DNA of 64,000 nucleotides from Gemmatimonadales bacterium (GTDB taxonomy: Bacteria; Gemmatimonadota; Gemmatimonadetes; Gemmatimonadales; GWC2-71-9): positions 1 through 64,000 of the forward strand of contig JBBQFH010000014.1 of assembly GCA_038321865.1 (NCBI GenBank), written 5' to 3'. Within the stretch, counting starts at the first letter, position 1, and each line of letters begins with the position of its first letter. Below, piece after piece: positions 21,673 through 30,680 of this stretch. The translations under genes were made by a program, and so were the position numbers. Below the pieces are notes generated by a model. It saw only the letters and a program-made list of their open reading frames with translations. It did not search any database and was not told the origin of the DNA.

Positions 21673-22107
21673 ATGGCGGGCGGGCTGGGGAGCCTGGGCG
21701 GGCTCGGCGGGGGGAACGACCTTCCGCTGGTGGCCGATATCAACGTCACGTCGCTGGTAGACGTCGCGTTCGTGCTCCTGATCATCTTCATGATTACCGC
21801 GCCGATCATGCAGGGCGGAGTGGACGTGCAGCTGCCCCGGGCCGAGGCGCGGCCGCTGGCGGCGAAGGAGGGAATGGTTGTAACGGTGGACCGCGGCGGC
21901 CGGATCTTCATCGATGAAACGCCGATCACCTACAACGATTTCCGCATCACCTTCAAGTCGCTGGTCACCACCCGGAAGCCGACCGGCGTCTATCTCCGCG
22001 CCGACAGCCGGGTGGCCTATGGCGACGTGGTGCGGGCACTCGCCGTCATCCGCGCGTCGGGCATCCAGAACGTGGGGCTCGTGGCGGAGGACGAGAGCCA
22101 GAAGTAA
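21673..22107 (+). CDS. tolR: TolR/ExbD biopolymer transport protein
   Basis: DINVTSLVDVAFVLLIIFMITAP, LRADSRVAYG. Confidence 0.9.
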   Translation: MAGGLGSLGGLGGGNDLPLVADINVTSLVDVAFVLLIIFMITAPIMQGGVDVQLPRAEARPLAAKEGMVVTVDRGGRIFIDETPITYNDFRITFKSLVTTRKPTGVYLRADSRVAYGDVVRALAVIRASGIQNVGLVAEDESQK

Positions 22108-22805
22108 TGAAAGTCCGCAGCGACGCGCGCGCCGGCTCGGGCAAGGCGGCCGGGCTCCTGGGCACGGCGACGGTGCATGCGGCGGCCGCGTATTTCCTGC
22201 TCGCGGTGGTGAAGGCGCCGGCGGCATCGCCACCGGTGTACGCGGTCAATCTCGTCGCGGCTCCCGCGCCGGCTCCGAAGCAGCGCCTGGCGCCTGAAGC
22301 GACCCCCACGCCGCCCGCCCCCGAGCCGCCGGCGCCGGTGAAGAGCTCGGCAAAGGTGCCTCTCGCCAAGATTCCGACGCCCAGGCCCCGCGAGAACGTC
22401 GAACCCACGCCGCGCCACGACCCGACGCCCAAAACGTCCGCGCCCGAGGCGCCGGCCCCCGGCGAAACCCCGAGCACCGGCCGCGATGCGACGACGGTGA
22501 AGACGCCGGGACTTGATTTTCCGTATCCGGAATATCTGCGCAATGTCGAGAATCAGATCTACCGGCGCTGGGCCCGCCCGGTCGGCAACGCGGCGCTCCG
22601 CGCCGAAATCAGCTTCATGATCGCGCGCGACGGTACCGTTCGAAACATCCAGTTCGTCACGCGGTCCGGCAGCTTCTCCTACGATCTCGAGGCGCAGGGG
22701 GCCATCGAGTCGGCCGCGACCTCACGCGCGTTCGGACCGCTGCCCGATGGCTGGCAGGCGGACGTGCTGCCGATCAGCTTCTACTTCGAACCAAGGCCAC
22801 AGTGA
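22107..22805 (+). CDS. TolA/TonB-family energy transducer (short, Pro-rich)
   Basis: N-terminal TM with His, Pro-rich linker, YLRNVENQIYRRW...SGSFSYD...FGPLP TonB-C domain. Sits in the tolA position. Confidence 0.8.
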   Translation: MKVRSDARAGSGKAAGLLGTATVHAAAAYFLLAVVKAPAASPPVYAVNLVAAPAPAPKQRLAPEATPTPPAPEPPAPVKSSAKVPLAKIPTPRPRENVEPTPRHDPTPKTSAPEAPAPGETPSTGRDATTVKTPGLDFPYPEYLRNVENQIYRRWARPVGNAALRAEISFMIARDGTVRNIQFVTRSGSFSYDLEAQGAIESAATSRAFGPLPDGWQADVLPISFYFEPRPQ

Positions 22806-24106
22806 TGCGACGTGCTCTACTGCTTGGTGCCGCGACGCTCGCACTGGCGGGCGTGGCGCGTGCGCAGGACGCGGGCAAGGCGAGTGATGCGATCCGCATC
22901 GGGATCACCTACCGCCCCGGCACGCGGCCCGGTCTCGTCGTGGTGCCAGGACCCGGCCTCGACTCGGTCCGGGCGATCGTCGCCCGCGATCTCGACTTCA
23001 GCGACCGGTTCCAGATGGTCGCGGTCGGTCCCGACGCGATGGCATCAGCCCGGGCGGGCGCGGGACCGCTGAACTACGGCCTGTTTCGCACCTTCGGGGC
23101 CGATCATGCCGTCGAGATCGTGCCCGCTGCCGGCGGGGTCACCGTCCGCCTGCACGATCTCGGCACGTCCCGCGTCCGCAACCAGCAGACCTTCTCGCTG
23201 CCGGGCGAGACCGAGAGCGGCTTCCGCCTCGCGGCGCACCGGATCGCCGACGAAGTGACCCGTTGGGCCTCAGGTGCCGACGGGTATGCCGCGAGCCGCC
23301 TCCTGTACCTCGCCGGTGGCCGGGTATATCGGGTGGACAGCGACGGCGCCGACGGCGCCGGCGTGACGCCCTCCGGCGAGTCGGTGTTCTCGCCGGCCTG
23401 GTCGCCCGACGGGTCAAGGATCGCGTACACGAGGCTCGACCGCTGGAGCATTTCAATCCTTGATCTCGCGACGCGCGCGGTCACCACGGTGCCCGGCACC
23501 GAGAACGGGCAGAACATCACGCCGGCGTTCTCGCCTGACGGCCGCCTGCTGGCATACGCGCACATGGACGCCAGCGGCACCAACATCTATGCGGCGGATA
23601 TCGCGCAGCGCTGCTGCGTGCAACGCTTGACCGTGGGACGCTTCGCGGACAACTTAAGCCCCACGTATTCACCCGACGGACGGCGCGTCGCGTTCGTGTC
23701 CACCCGTGCCGGGCCGCCGCAGATCTACGTCATGGGAGGCGACGGGACCGATCAGGAACTGCTCGCGTCCTTCGATTTCGGCAGCACCGGCCCGTCGAAC
23801 GCGCCTGAATGGTCTCCCGACGGTGCGAGTGTGGTGTTTCACCGCGAAGTCTCCCGCAGCCCGCAGATCTTCATCCTGGACGTGGCAAGCCAGCGGGTGA
23901 AGCAGCTGACTTCGGTCGGTCGCAACGAGGACCCGACGTGGGCCCCCGACGGGCGCCACGTCGCATTTATTTCCGATCGCACCGGACGTCGACAGGTCTG
24001 GATCGTCGACACCGATACCGGCCGGGTTCGCCAGCTGGGCACCGCCGGCGCCGCCCGCCTTCCCTCATGGTCCCGGCGTCTGCACGGTGCCGGGCCCAAT
24101 CCCTGA
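22802..24106 (+). CDS. tolB: Tol-Pal beta-propeller protein TolB
   Basis: Signal peptide, ARDLDFSDRF, AHRIADEV, multiple P(A/T)WSPDG PD40 repeats. Confidence 0.9.
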   Translation: MMRRALLLGAATLALAGVARAQDAGKASDAIRIGITYRPGTRPGLVVVPGPGLDSVRAIVARDLDFSDRFQMVAVGPDAMASARAGAGPLNYGLFRTFGADHAVEIVPAAGGVTVRLHDLGTSRVRNQQTFSLPGETESGFRLAAHRIADEVTRWASGADGYAASRLLYLAGGRVYRVDSDGADGAGVTPSGESVFSPAWSPDGSRIAYTRLDRWSISILDLATRAVTTVPGTENGQNITPAFSPDGRLLAYAHMDASGTNIYAADIAQRCCVQRLTVGRFADNLSPTYSPDGRRVAFVSTRAGPPQIYVMGGDGTDQELLASFDFGSTGPSNAPEWSPDGASVVFHREVSRSPQIFILDVASQRVKQLTSVGRNEDPTWAPDGRHVAFISDRTGRRQVWIVDTDTGRVRQLGTAGAARLPSWSRRLHGAGPNP

Positions 24107-24123
24107 TCGCTGGAGTGTCTGTC

Positions 24124-24723
24124 ATGCGTGTTCCCGTCCTCTTCGCCCTCGCAGCCGCCACGACGATCGCCGCGTGCGGCGGCAAGCCCGACCCGGAGCA
24201 GCCTGCGCCGATCGTCGCCACCACCACTCCGTCGGCCGACAGCATCGCGCGCGCGGCGCGAGCCCGGCAGGATTCGATCGATGCAGAGAACCGGCGCCGG
24301 GCGGATGAAGAGGCGCGCCGCCGCGCGGCCGATCTGGCCGGCCGCTCCTCGCAGGTCCTGGCCGATTTGAAGGCGATGATCAACTTCGACTACAACGAGG
24401 CCGCCGTTCGGGCCGCCGACCAGGCGATCCTCGACCGCAAGGCAGCGATCATGCAGGCGAATCCGGGACTTCGCATCCGCATCAGCGGGCACGCCGATGA
24501 GCGTGGGTCGGACGAATACAATCTCGCGCTGGGCAACCGCCGTGCGGCGGCGGCGCAGCGGTACCTGCAGAACAAGGGGATCGATGCCGCGCGGGTCGAC
24601 GTGATCTCCTATGGTGAAGAGCGCCCGCTCGATCCGTCCGGCAGCGAGGACGCCTACGCCAAGAACCGGCGCGATGAGTTCGACGTGACCGGCGGCGGCG
24701 ACAGCCTGGTCGCGCCACAGTGA
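24124..24723 (+). CDS. pal: Peptidoglycan-associated lipoprotein Pal
   Basis: Lipobox IAAC, INFDYN, GHADERGSDEYNLALGNRRA, ISYGEERP, KNRRDEF. Confidence 0.94.
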   Translation: MRVPVLFALAAATTIAACGGKPDPEQPAPIVATTTPSADSIARAARARQDSIDAENRRRADEEARRRAADLAGRSSQVLADLKAMINFDYNEAAVRAADQAILDRKAAIMQANPGLRIRISGHADERGSDEYNLALGNRRAAAAQRYLQNKGIDAARVDVISYGEERPLDPSGSEDAYAKNRRDEFDVTGGGDSLVAPQ

Positions 24724-25517
24724 GTTCGCGCGTCCTCGCGCTCGCCGCCATCGGACTCCTCGGCGGCTGCGCCATGAAGAGCGATGTCGTCCGGGTGCAG
24801 AACGAGGTCGCGTTCCTGCGCGAGGAGAGCGCGCGCCAGGACTCGTCCCGCGCCCGCCAGCTGACCGAAGTGATCCGGCTGCAGCAGCGCCTGTTCGATT
24901 CGCTGGCCACCACCCGTGAGACGATCCGGACGCTGCGGGGCGACGTCGCCAACGACCTCTACGGCGTGCAGCAGCAGCTGGTCCAGCTCCAGGAGCTGAC
25001 CGGTCAGAGCCAGCGGCGGCTTACCGAGCTCCGGACCCAGCTCGAGGCCCGCGCCGAGCAGCTGGGAGCGACCGGGTCACCGGCGGCGGGGACTGCGCCG
25101 CACGGCGACAGCGCGGTGCCAGCGCCACCCGCGGCCGGCAACGCGTCGGCCGACCAGATGTACGAGGCCTCGCTGGCCCAACTGCGCCGGGGCAGCGCCG
25201 CCACCGCGCGGCTCGGCTTCCGGGAGATGCTCCGCGCCTATCCCGGCAGCGACAAGGCACCCGACGCACTCTACTTCATCGGCGAGAGCTTCCGCACCGA
25301 GAACGCGGACTCGGCCGCCGCCTACTACGATCAGGTAGCGCGAACGTACCCGCAGTCGCCGCGCGCCGCATCCGCCCTGTACAATCTCGGCCTGCTCAAT
25401 GAACGCGCGAAGCGGAATCCCGCGGCGCGGGACGCCTACCAGCGTGTCGTGCAGACCTATCCGAACTCGGACGAAGCCGCGCTCGCGCGTGACCGCCTGA
25501 AGGCGCTCGGGCGTTAA
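24720..25517 (+). CDS. cpoB: Tol-Pal associated protein CpoB/YbgF (lipoprotein)
   Basis: Lipobox LGGC, coiled coil, then TPRs (YPGSDKAPDALYFIGE). Directly after pal. Confidence 0.82.
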   Translation: MSSRVLALAAIGLLGGCAMKSDVVRVQNEVAFLREESARQDSSRARQLTEVIRLQQRLFDSLATTRETIRTLRGDVANDLYGVQQQLVQLQELTGQSQRRLTELRTQLEARAEQLGATGSPAAGTAPHGDSAVPAPPAAGNASADQMYEASLAQLRRGSAATARLGFREMLRAYPGSDKAPDALYFIGESFRTENADSAAAYYDQVARTYPQSPRAASALYNLGLLNERAKRNPAARDAYQRVVQTYPNSDEAALARDRLKALGR

Positions 25518-25535
25518 GCCCGGCGCCATGTCGCC

Positions 25536-28500
25536 ATGACCGGTCCCGCCGGAGAAATGCCCTTCCTCGATCACCTCGAGGAGCTCCGCATGCGGATCAT
25601 CTGGTCGCTGGTGGCCCTCGTCGTCGGCATTGGCGTGGGCTTCTGGGTGGTTCAGCATTTCCAGCTCGTTTCCCTCCTCAAGACGCCCATTGCTCCCTAC
25701 CTCGCCAACGGGGGCAAGCTCACCGTGCTCAGCCCGACCGAGCCGGTGATGATCGTCTTCAGGCTGAGCCTGGTGGTGGGTCTGGTGCTGGCTTCGCCGG
25801 TCGTCTTCTGGCAGCTCTGGGCGTTTCTGGCGCCGGCGCTGTACGGCAAGGAAAAGCGGGTGCTGGTGCCCGCGCTCTTCGCCGGTGCGCTGCTCTTCAT
25901 GACGGGCGGCGTGCTGGCGTGGATCTTCGTGGTGCCGAAGACGCTGGAGGTGCTGTTCAGCTTTCAGTCGGAAGCCATCGCCCCGATGATCACCTACGAT
26001 GCCTATTTCGATTTCATCGTGCAGATCGTCGTGGCCCTCGGCATCTCGTTCGAGCTGCCGCTGGTGATGATCATCCTGGCGTGGCTGGGCATCGTGACGC
26101 CGCAGTGGCTCAACCGGTTCCGGCGCTACGCCGTCGTGCTGGCGTGCATCGCGGGTGCGGTGCTCTCACCCGGCACCGACGTCCTGTCGATGATCATGAT
26201 GACGCTGCCGCTGCTGGTGCTGTACGAGGTGGGTGTGGCCGGAGCCGCGCTGGTCCACCGGCGGAAGCGGAAGGCGGCGGCCGCGGCGCTTCCGCTTCTG
26301 CTCCTCCTGGTGCTCGCCGCCGGCCGCAGCGCCGAGGCACAGGATCCGTTCGCGCGGCGTCCGCCAGCGAGCCTGCTGCCGCAGGGCCAGACCACCCGGC
26401 CCACGAACGGGCCGATCGACACCGCCAAGGCGCGCCGCGCCGGCATCCCCACCGCACCGACGCAGACGTTCCCGGAACCCGATTCGGCGATGCGAAGCCT
26501 GCTCGACCGGCCGGGTTATGCCGCGACCCATTTCGTCGCCGACTCCATCACCCTGTTCGCCGGGGAGAAGCGCGTCGAGATGGGTGGGTCGGCGCTGACC
26601 GAGCGTCAGGGCGTGAAGCTCGAGGCAGGGACGGTTCGCTACCGCCAGGAGGACTGCCTGCTCGAGGCCTCCGGCAAGCCCCATCTGTTCGACAAGGATC
26701 AGGTGATGCTGGGCGAGGGGATCAGCTACAACACCTGCACGCATCGAGGGGTGATCCGCGGCGCGTTCACCAACTTCACGGAGCAGGGCGCCGTCTGGTT
26801 CCTGCGCGGCAACGTCGCGTCCGATTCGAGCTCGACCAGGCTGTATGCCGCCTCGAGCGAAATCACCAGCTGCGATCTGCCGATCCCGCACTATCACTTC
26901 GCGGCCCGCGAGGTGAAATGGGTGTCGAACAGCGTGATCGTGGCCCGGCCGGTGGTGCTGTACGTGCGCGACGTGCCGATCCTCTGGCTGCCGTTCATCT
27001 TCCAGGACACGCGTCCGGGGCGCCACTCGGGAATTCTGACGCCGCAATTTGGCCTCAACGACATCGTTCGCACCTCGAGCAGCTACCAGCGCCAGCTCAC
27101 CAACCTGGGCTACTACTGGGTGATGAGCGACTACGCCGACGCCACCTTCCGGGTGGACTGGTACTCCGGCCGTTACCTGCAGGCCAACGTGGGGCTCAAC
27201 TATCGGGTGCTGAACCGCTTCATGAGCGGGGCGCTCAGCCTGAACCGCCAGTGGCAGAACGGCGGCGGGTCGGGCAATGGCGTGCACTGGACGCACCAGC
27301 AGAGCTTCAGCCTGAGCACCAGCCTCAACTTTGATCTCAACTATCTGAGCAACTCCGCCATCGTACGGCAGAACGCGCTCGATCCGCTGCTCAACACCCA
27401 GCAGATCACCAGTTCCCTCAACCTGCAGAAGCGCTACAGCTGGGGCACGATCGCGCTGGGCGGCAATCGCCGGCAGAATCTGGGCGATAACAGCTCGACG
27501 ACGCAGCTGCCCTCGCTGACCGTATCGCCCAAGCCGCTCGATTTCGGACGCAACATCACGTGGTCGCCCGGGCTGAGCCTCACCAACGACCTCGCTCGCG
27601 GTACCGCCCTGCCGCGCCTGCTGTTCACGCGGCCGGACGGCTCGCTCGACAGCATCGCGCAGACCGGCACCAGCCGGATCACCGCAGTGAACTTTGACAC
27701 GCCGATCCGGTTCGGGTCGTTCAGCTGGCGGAACAGCCTGCGTGTCATCGACGGCGATTCCGTGGGCCGGCAGACGTTTCGGCAGCCGGATCTCACCACG
27801 CCTGACCCGACCGACTCGGTGAGCCGCACCGTCGCCGGGGGCTTCGGCAGCTCGGTCGACTGGGATACCGGAATCAACCTGCCGCTCCTCTTCCGGAGCA
27901 CCTGGAAGCTGCAGCCGACGGTCGCGATCCAGAACTCGTCTCCCCTGGCTCCGTTCGCAGTCCGCAATCGCAATACCGATGGCCGCTTCGTCCGGCAGGG
28001 CAAGCGGCCCTCGCTCAGTCTGAGCCTCACGCCGACGTTCTACCGGCGCTTCGGCGGGCTGGGGCCGCTGGCCGCCATCCGCCACAGCATCTCGCCCCAG
28101 CTCCTCTTCAACTACCAGCCGGCCGCGACCATTTCGGACGAGTTCGCCCAGGCGATCTCGCGGCCGGGCTTTCTGGTGCCGACCCGCAGCGAGCCGCTGC
28201 AAACCGTCTCCCTCAACCTCACCCAGACGTTCGAGGGAAAGGCGCGCCCCCGTCCGGGGGACACCCTCGCCGGGATCGAGCCGCGGAAATACCGGCTGCT
28301 GAGCATCTCGACCAGCCAGCTCACTTACGACTTCGAGCAGGCCAAGAAGGAGGGCCGCACCGGCTGGACGACGCAGTTCATCACCAACTCCCTGCTGAGC
28401 GATCTGCTGCCGGGGTTCAGCGTGAGCCTCACGCACGACCTCTGGCGCGGTGCGGTCGGAACGGATACGGCCCATTTTTCCCCGTACCTGACCCAGGCGA

Positions 28501-29030
28501 GCGCGGGTTTTTCGCTCTCCTCGCGCACCTTCCGGTCGATTGGTTCGTTCTTCGGACTGCTCGGGCGGCGCGAACGGGAGCCAGGCGAACCGGACGATGC
28601 TCGCATTCCCGGCTACTCGCCGCAGCGGAACCGGCCAGGGAGCCCGGGCGCGTTCTACAACACCGATCAGATTCCGCTCTCGACGCAGGGCCGCGGCTTC
28701 AATGCGCAGGTCAACTATTCACTCACGCGCACTCGGCCGCTCCCCAACAGCACGGTGGACAATCCGAGCAACGAGCGCCAGAGTCTCGGCTTGAGCACGG
28801 TCTTCTCTCCGACGCCATTCTGGGCCATTTCCTGGCAGACTCAGTACAACCTGACCGACAAGCGGTTCGAATCGCACGTGGTGCGGCTGGAACGCGACCT
28901 GCATGAGTGGCGCGCGGCGTTCAACTTCGTCCGGAACGCGAACGGCAACGTCGCCTTCTACTTCTCGATCTATCTGACCGACCTGCCGCAGCTCAAGTTC
29001 GACTACGACCAGACCAAGCTCAGCCCCTGA
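25536..29030 (+). CDS. tatC: Fusion: twin-arginine translocase TatC (about aa 1-245), internal signal peptide, LptD-like outer-membrane protein
   Basis: TatC motifs EMPFLDHLEELRMR, WQLWAFLAPALY, GISFELP, RRYAVV, LLVLYEVG. Then HRRKRK-hydrophobic-AEA/Q. Then LptD-like TSCDLPIPHYHF, VPILWLPF, SGILTPQFG, RDLHEW. No stop codon in between. Confidence 0.85.
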   Translation: MTGPAGEMPFLDHLEELRMRIIWSLVALVVGIGVGFWVVQHFQLVSLLKTPIAPYLANGGKLTVLSPTEPVMIVFRLSLVVGLVLASPVVFWQLWAFLAPALYGKEKRVLVPALFAGALLFMTGGVLAWIFVVPKTLEVLFSFQSEAIAPMITYDAYFDFIVQIVVALGISFELPLVMIILAWLGIVTPQWLNRFRRYAVVLACIAGAVLSPGTDVLSMIMMTLPLLVLYEVGVAGAALVHRRKRKAAAAALPLLLLLVLAAGRSAEAQDPFARRPPASLLPQGQTTRPTNGPIDTAKARRAGIPTAPTQTFPEPDSAMRSLLDRPGYAATHFVADSITLFAGEKRVEMGGSALTERQGVKLEAGTVRYRQEDCLLEASGKPHLFDKDQVMLGEGISYNTCTHRGVIRGAFTNFTEQGAVWFLRGNVASDSSSTRLYAASSEITSCDLPIPHYHFAAREVKWVSNSVIVARPVVLYVRDVPILWLPFIFQDTRPGRHSGILTPQFGLNDIVRTSSSYQRQLTNLGYYWVMSDYADATFRVDWYSGRYLQANVGLNYRVLNRFMSGALSLNRQWQNGGGSGNGVHWTHQQSFSLSTSLNFDLNYLSNSAIVRQNALDPLLNTQQITSSLNLQKRYSWGTIALGGNRRQNLGDNSSTTQLPSLTVSPKPLDFGRNITWSPGLSLTNDLARGTALPRLLFTRPDGSLDSIAQTGTSRITAVNFDTPIRFGSFSWRNSLRVIDGDSVGRQTFRQPDLTTPDPTDSVSRTVAGGFGSSVDWDTGINLPLLFRSTWKLQPTVAIQNSSPLAPFAVRNRNTDGRFVRQGKRPSLSLSLTPTFYRRFGGLGPLAAIRHSISPQLLFNYQPAATISDEFAQAISRPGFLVPTRSEPLQTVSLNLTQTFEGKARPRPGDTLAGIEPRKYRLLSISTSQLTYDFEQAKKEGRTGWTTQFITNSLLSDLLPGFSVSLTHDLWRGAVGTDTAHFSPYLTQASAGFSLSSRTFRSIGSFFGLLGRREREPGEPDDARIPGYSPQRNRPGSPGAFYNTDQIPLSTQGRGFNAQVNYSLTRTRPLPNSTVDNPSNERQSLGLSTVFSPTPFWAISWQTQYNLTDKRFESHVVRLERDLHEWRAAFNFVRNANGNVAFYFSIYLTDLPQLKFDYDQTKLSP

Positions 29031-29055
29031 GCGTGCCCCGCTGTATATTCTCGCC

Positions 29056-30591
29056 ATGCCCAGCATAACCGTCACCCTCGACGGCCGCAGCCTCACGGTC
29101 GCGGACGTGGTCCGCGCCGCGCGCGAGCCTGCCGCAACGCTTGCCGTCGACCCGGCGGCCCGCCGGGCGTTGCAGGAGAGCCGCGTCCTGGTCGACCGCG
29201 CGGTGGGCGGTGGACAGACGATCTACGGTGTGAATACCGGCTTCGGAAAGCTCGCGAACGTGCGCGTGCCGACCGATCAATTGGACCGGCTGCAGCTCAA
29301 CCTGATCCGGAGTCACGCAGCCGGCGTCGGGCGTTCGCTCCCCGCCGACGTCGTCCGGGGCGTGATGCTGCTGCGCGCCAACGTCCTGCTGCGGCCGACG
29401 AGCGGCGTCCGGCCGGAGCTGGTGGATGCCCTGGTGGCACTCTTCAACGCCGGCCTGGTGCCGCTGGTGCCGGAGCAGGGGAGCGTCGGTGCCAGCGGCG
29501 ACCTCGCACCGCTGAGCCATATCGGCATGGCGCTCATCGGCGAGGGCGACCTGATGGGGGCCGATGGGCGGGTGGAACCGGCCGCCGCCGGCCTCGCGCG
29601 GGCCGGGCTCCAGCCGTTCCGCTTCGCGCCCAAGGAAGGGATCTCGTTCATCAACGGCACCCAGGCGCAGACCGCGCTGCTGGCGCTGCTGGTGCACGAT
29701 GCGGAGGTCGTCTGGCGGACGTCCGTCGCGGCGGCCGCCATGAGTCTCGAAGCCCTCCGCGGGACGCCGACGCCGCTGGACGAACGGATTCATGCGGCGC
29801 GGCCGCATCCGGGTCAGGTTCGCGCCGCACGGCTCATGCGTGCGCTCGTCGCCGGGAGCGAAATCCGCGAGTCGCACCGCGAGCACGATCCGCGGGTACA
29901 GGATGCCTACAGTCTCCGGTGCGCGCCCCAGGTGCTGGGCGCCGTTGCCGACGCGATCCGCTTTGCCGCCGACGCGGTCGCGATCGAGCTCAACGCTTCC
30001 ACCGACAATCCGCTGGTCTTCGACAACGGCGACATCCTCTCGGGAGGCAACTTTCACGGGCAGCCGGTGGCACAGGCACTCGACGTGCTGGCGATCGGTC
30101 TGACGACCCTGCAGGCCATCGCCGAGCGCCGCGTCGAGCGTCTGGTCAATCCGGATCTGTCGCAGGGCCTGCCGGCCTTTCTGACCGCGGACCCGGGGCT
30201 CTCGTCCGGTTACATGATGGTGCAGATCACCGCCGCATCGCTCGTCGCCGAGTCGCGATCGATCGCGATGCCCGCCAGTATCGGTTCGATTCCGACCGAC
30301 GCCAACCAGGAGGACTTCGTCCCGATGGGCATGGCCGCCGCGTTCAAGGCGGGCCGGATCCTGGCCAACGCGCGCCTGGTCCTGGCGGCCGAGCTGCTGT
30401 GTGGCGCGCAGGGTCTCGATCTGCTCCGCCCGCTGGCCCCGGGGGCAGGCGTGGGGGAGCTGCATCGACGGATCCGGGCTGCCGGCGTGGCACCCCTCGC
30501 GGCGGACCGCCCGCCCGCCCCCGACCTCGAGCGGCTGAGCGCGCTGATCGCTGCCGGATCGCTCGATCCGGCGGGCTGGCAGGCCGGGTGA
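29056..30591 (+). CDS. hutH: Histidine ammonia-lyase
   Basis: IYGVNTGFG, MIO-forming GSVGASGDLAPLSH, VQDAYSLRC, GGNFHG, NQEDFVPMG. Confidence 0.93.
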   Translation: MPSITVTLDGRSLTVADVVRAAREPAATLAVDPAARRALQESRVLVDRAVGGGQTIYGVNTGFGKLANVRVPTDQLDRLQLNLIRSHAAGVGRSLPADVVRGVMLLRANVLLRPTSGVRPELVDALVALFNAGLVPLVPEQGSVGASGDLAPLSHIGMALIGEGDLMGADGRVEPAAAGLARAGLQPFRFAPKEGISFINGTQAQTALLALLVHDAEVVWRTSVAAAAMSLEALRGTPTPLDERIHAARPHPGQVRAARLMRALVAGSEIRESHREHDPRVQDAYSLRCAPQVLGAVADAIRFAADAVAIELNASTDNPLVFDNGDILSGGNFHGQPVAQALDVLAIGLTTLQAIAERRVERLVNPDLSQGLPAFLTADPGLSSGYMMVQITAASLVAESRSIAMPASIGSIPTDANQEDFVPMGMAAAFKAGRILANARLVLAAELLCGAQGLDLLRPLAPGAGVGELHRRIRAAGVAPLAADRPPAPDLERLSALIAAGSLDPAGWQAG

Positions 30592-30601
30592 CGCCGTTGC
30601 C

Positions 30602-30630
30602 TTGCTCGCGTCCGACCGGCTCCCTATCTT
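30602..30630 (+). promoter_or_regulatory. Putative sigma70 promoter
   Basis: TTGCTC-17-TATCTT upstream of ATG 30681. Confidence 0.5.
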
Positions 30631-30680
30631 TCGTAAACCCAAGCGCCACCGCCCTTTCCCCCTTTGCCACGCCGAGCCGA

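Noticed and set aside
26256..26280. HRRKRK in the TatC-LptD linker as a twin-arginine signal
   Set aside because: It lacks the S/T-RR-x-F-L-K consensus and is better read as a basic Sec-type n-region or positive-inside flank.
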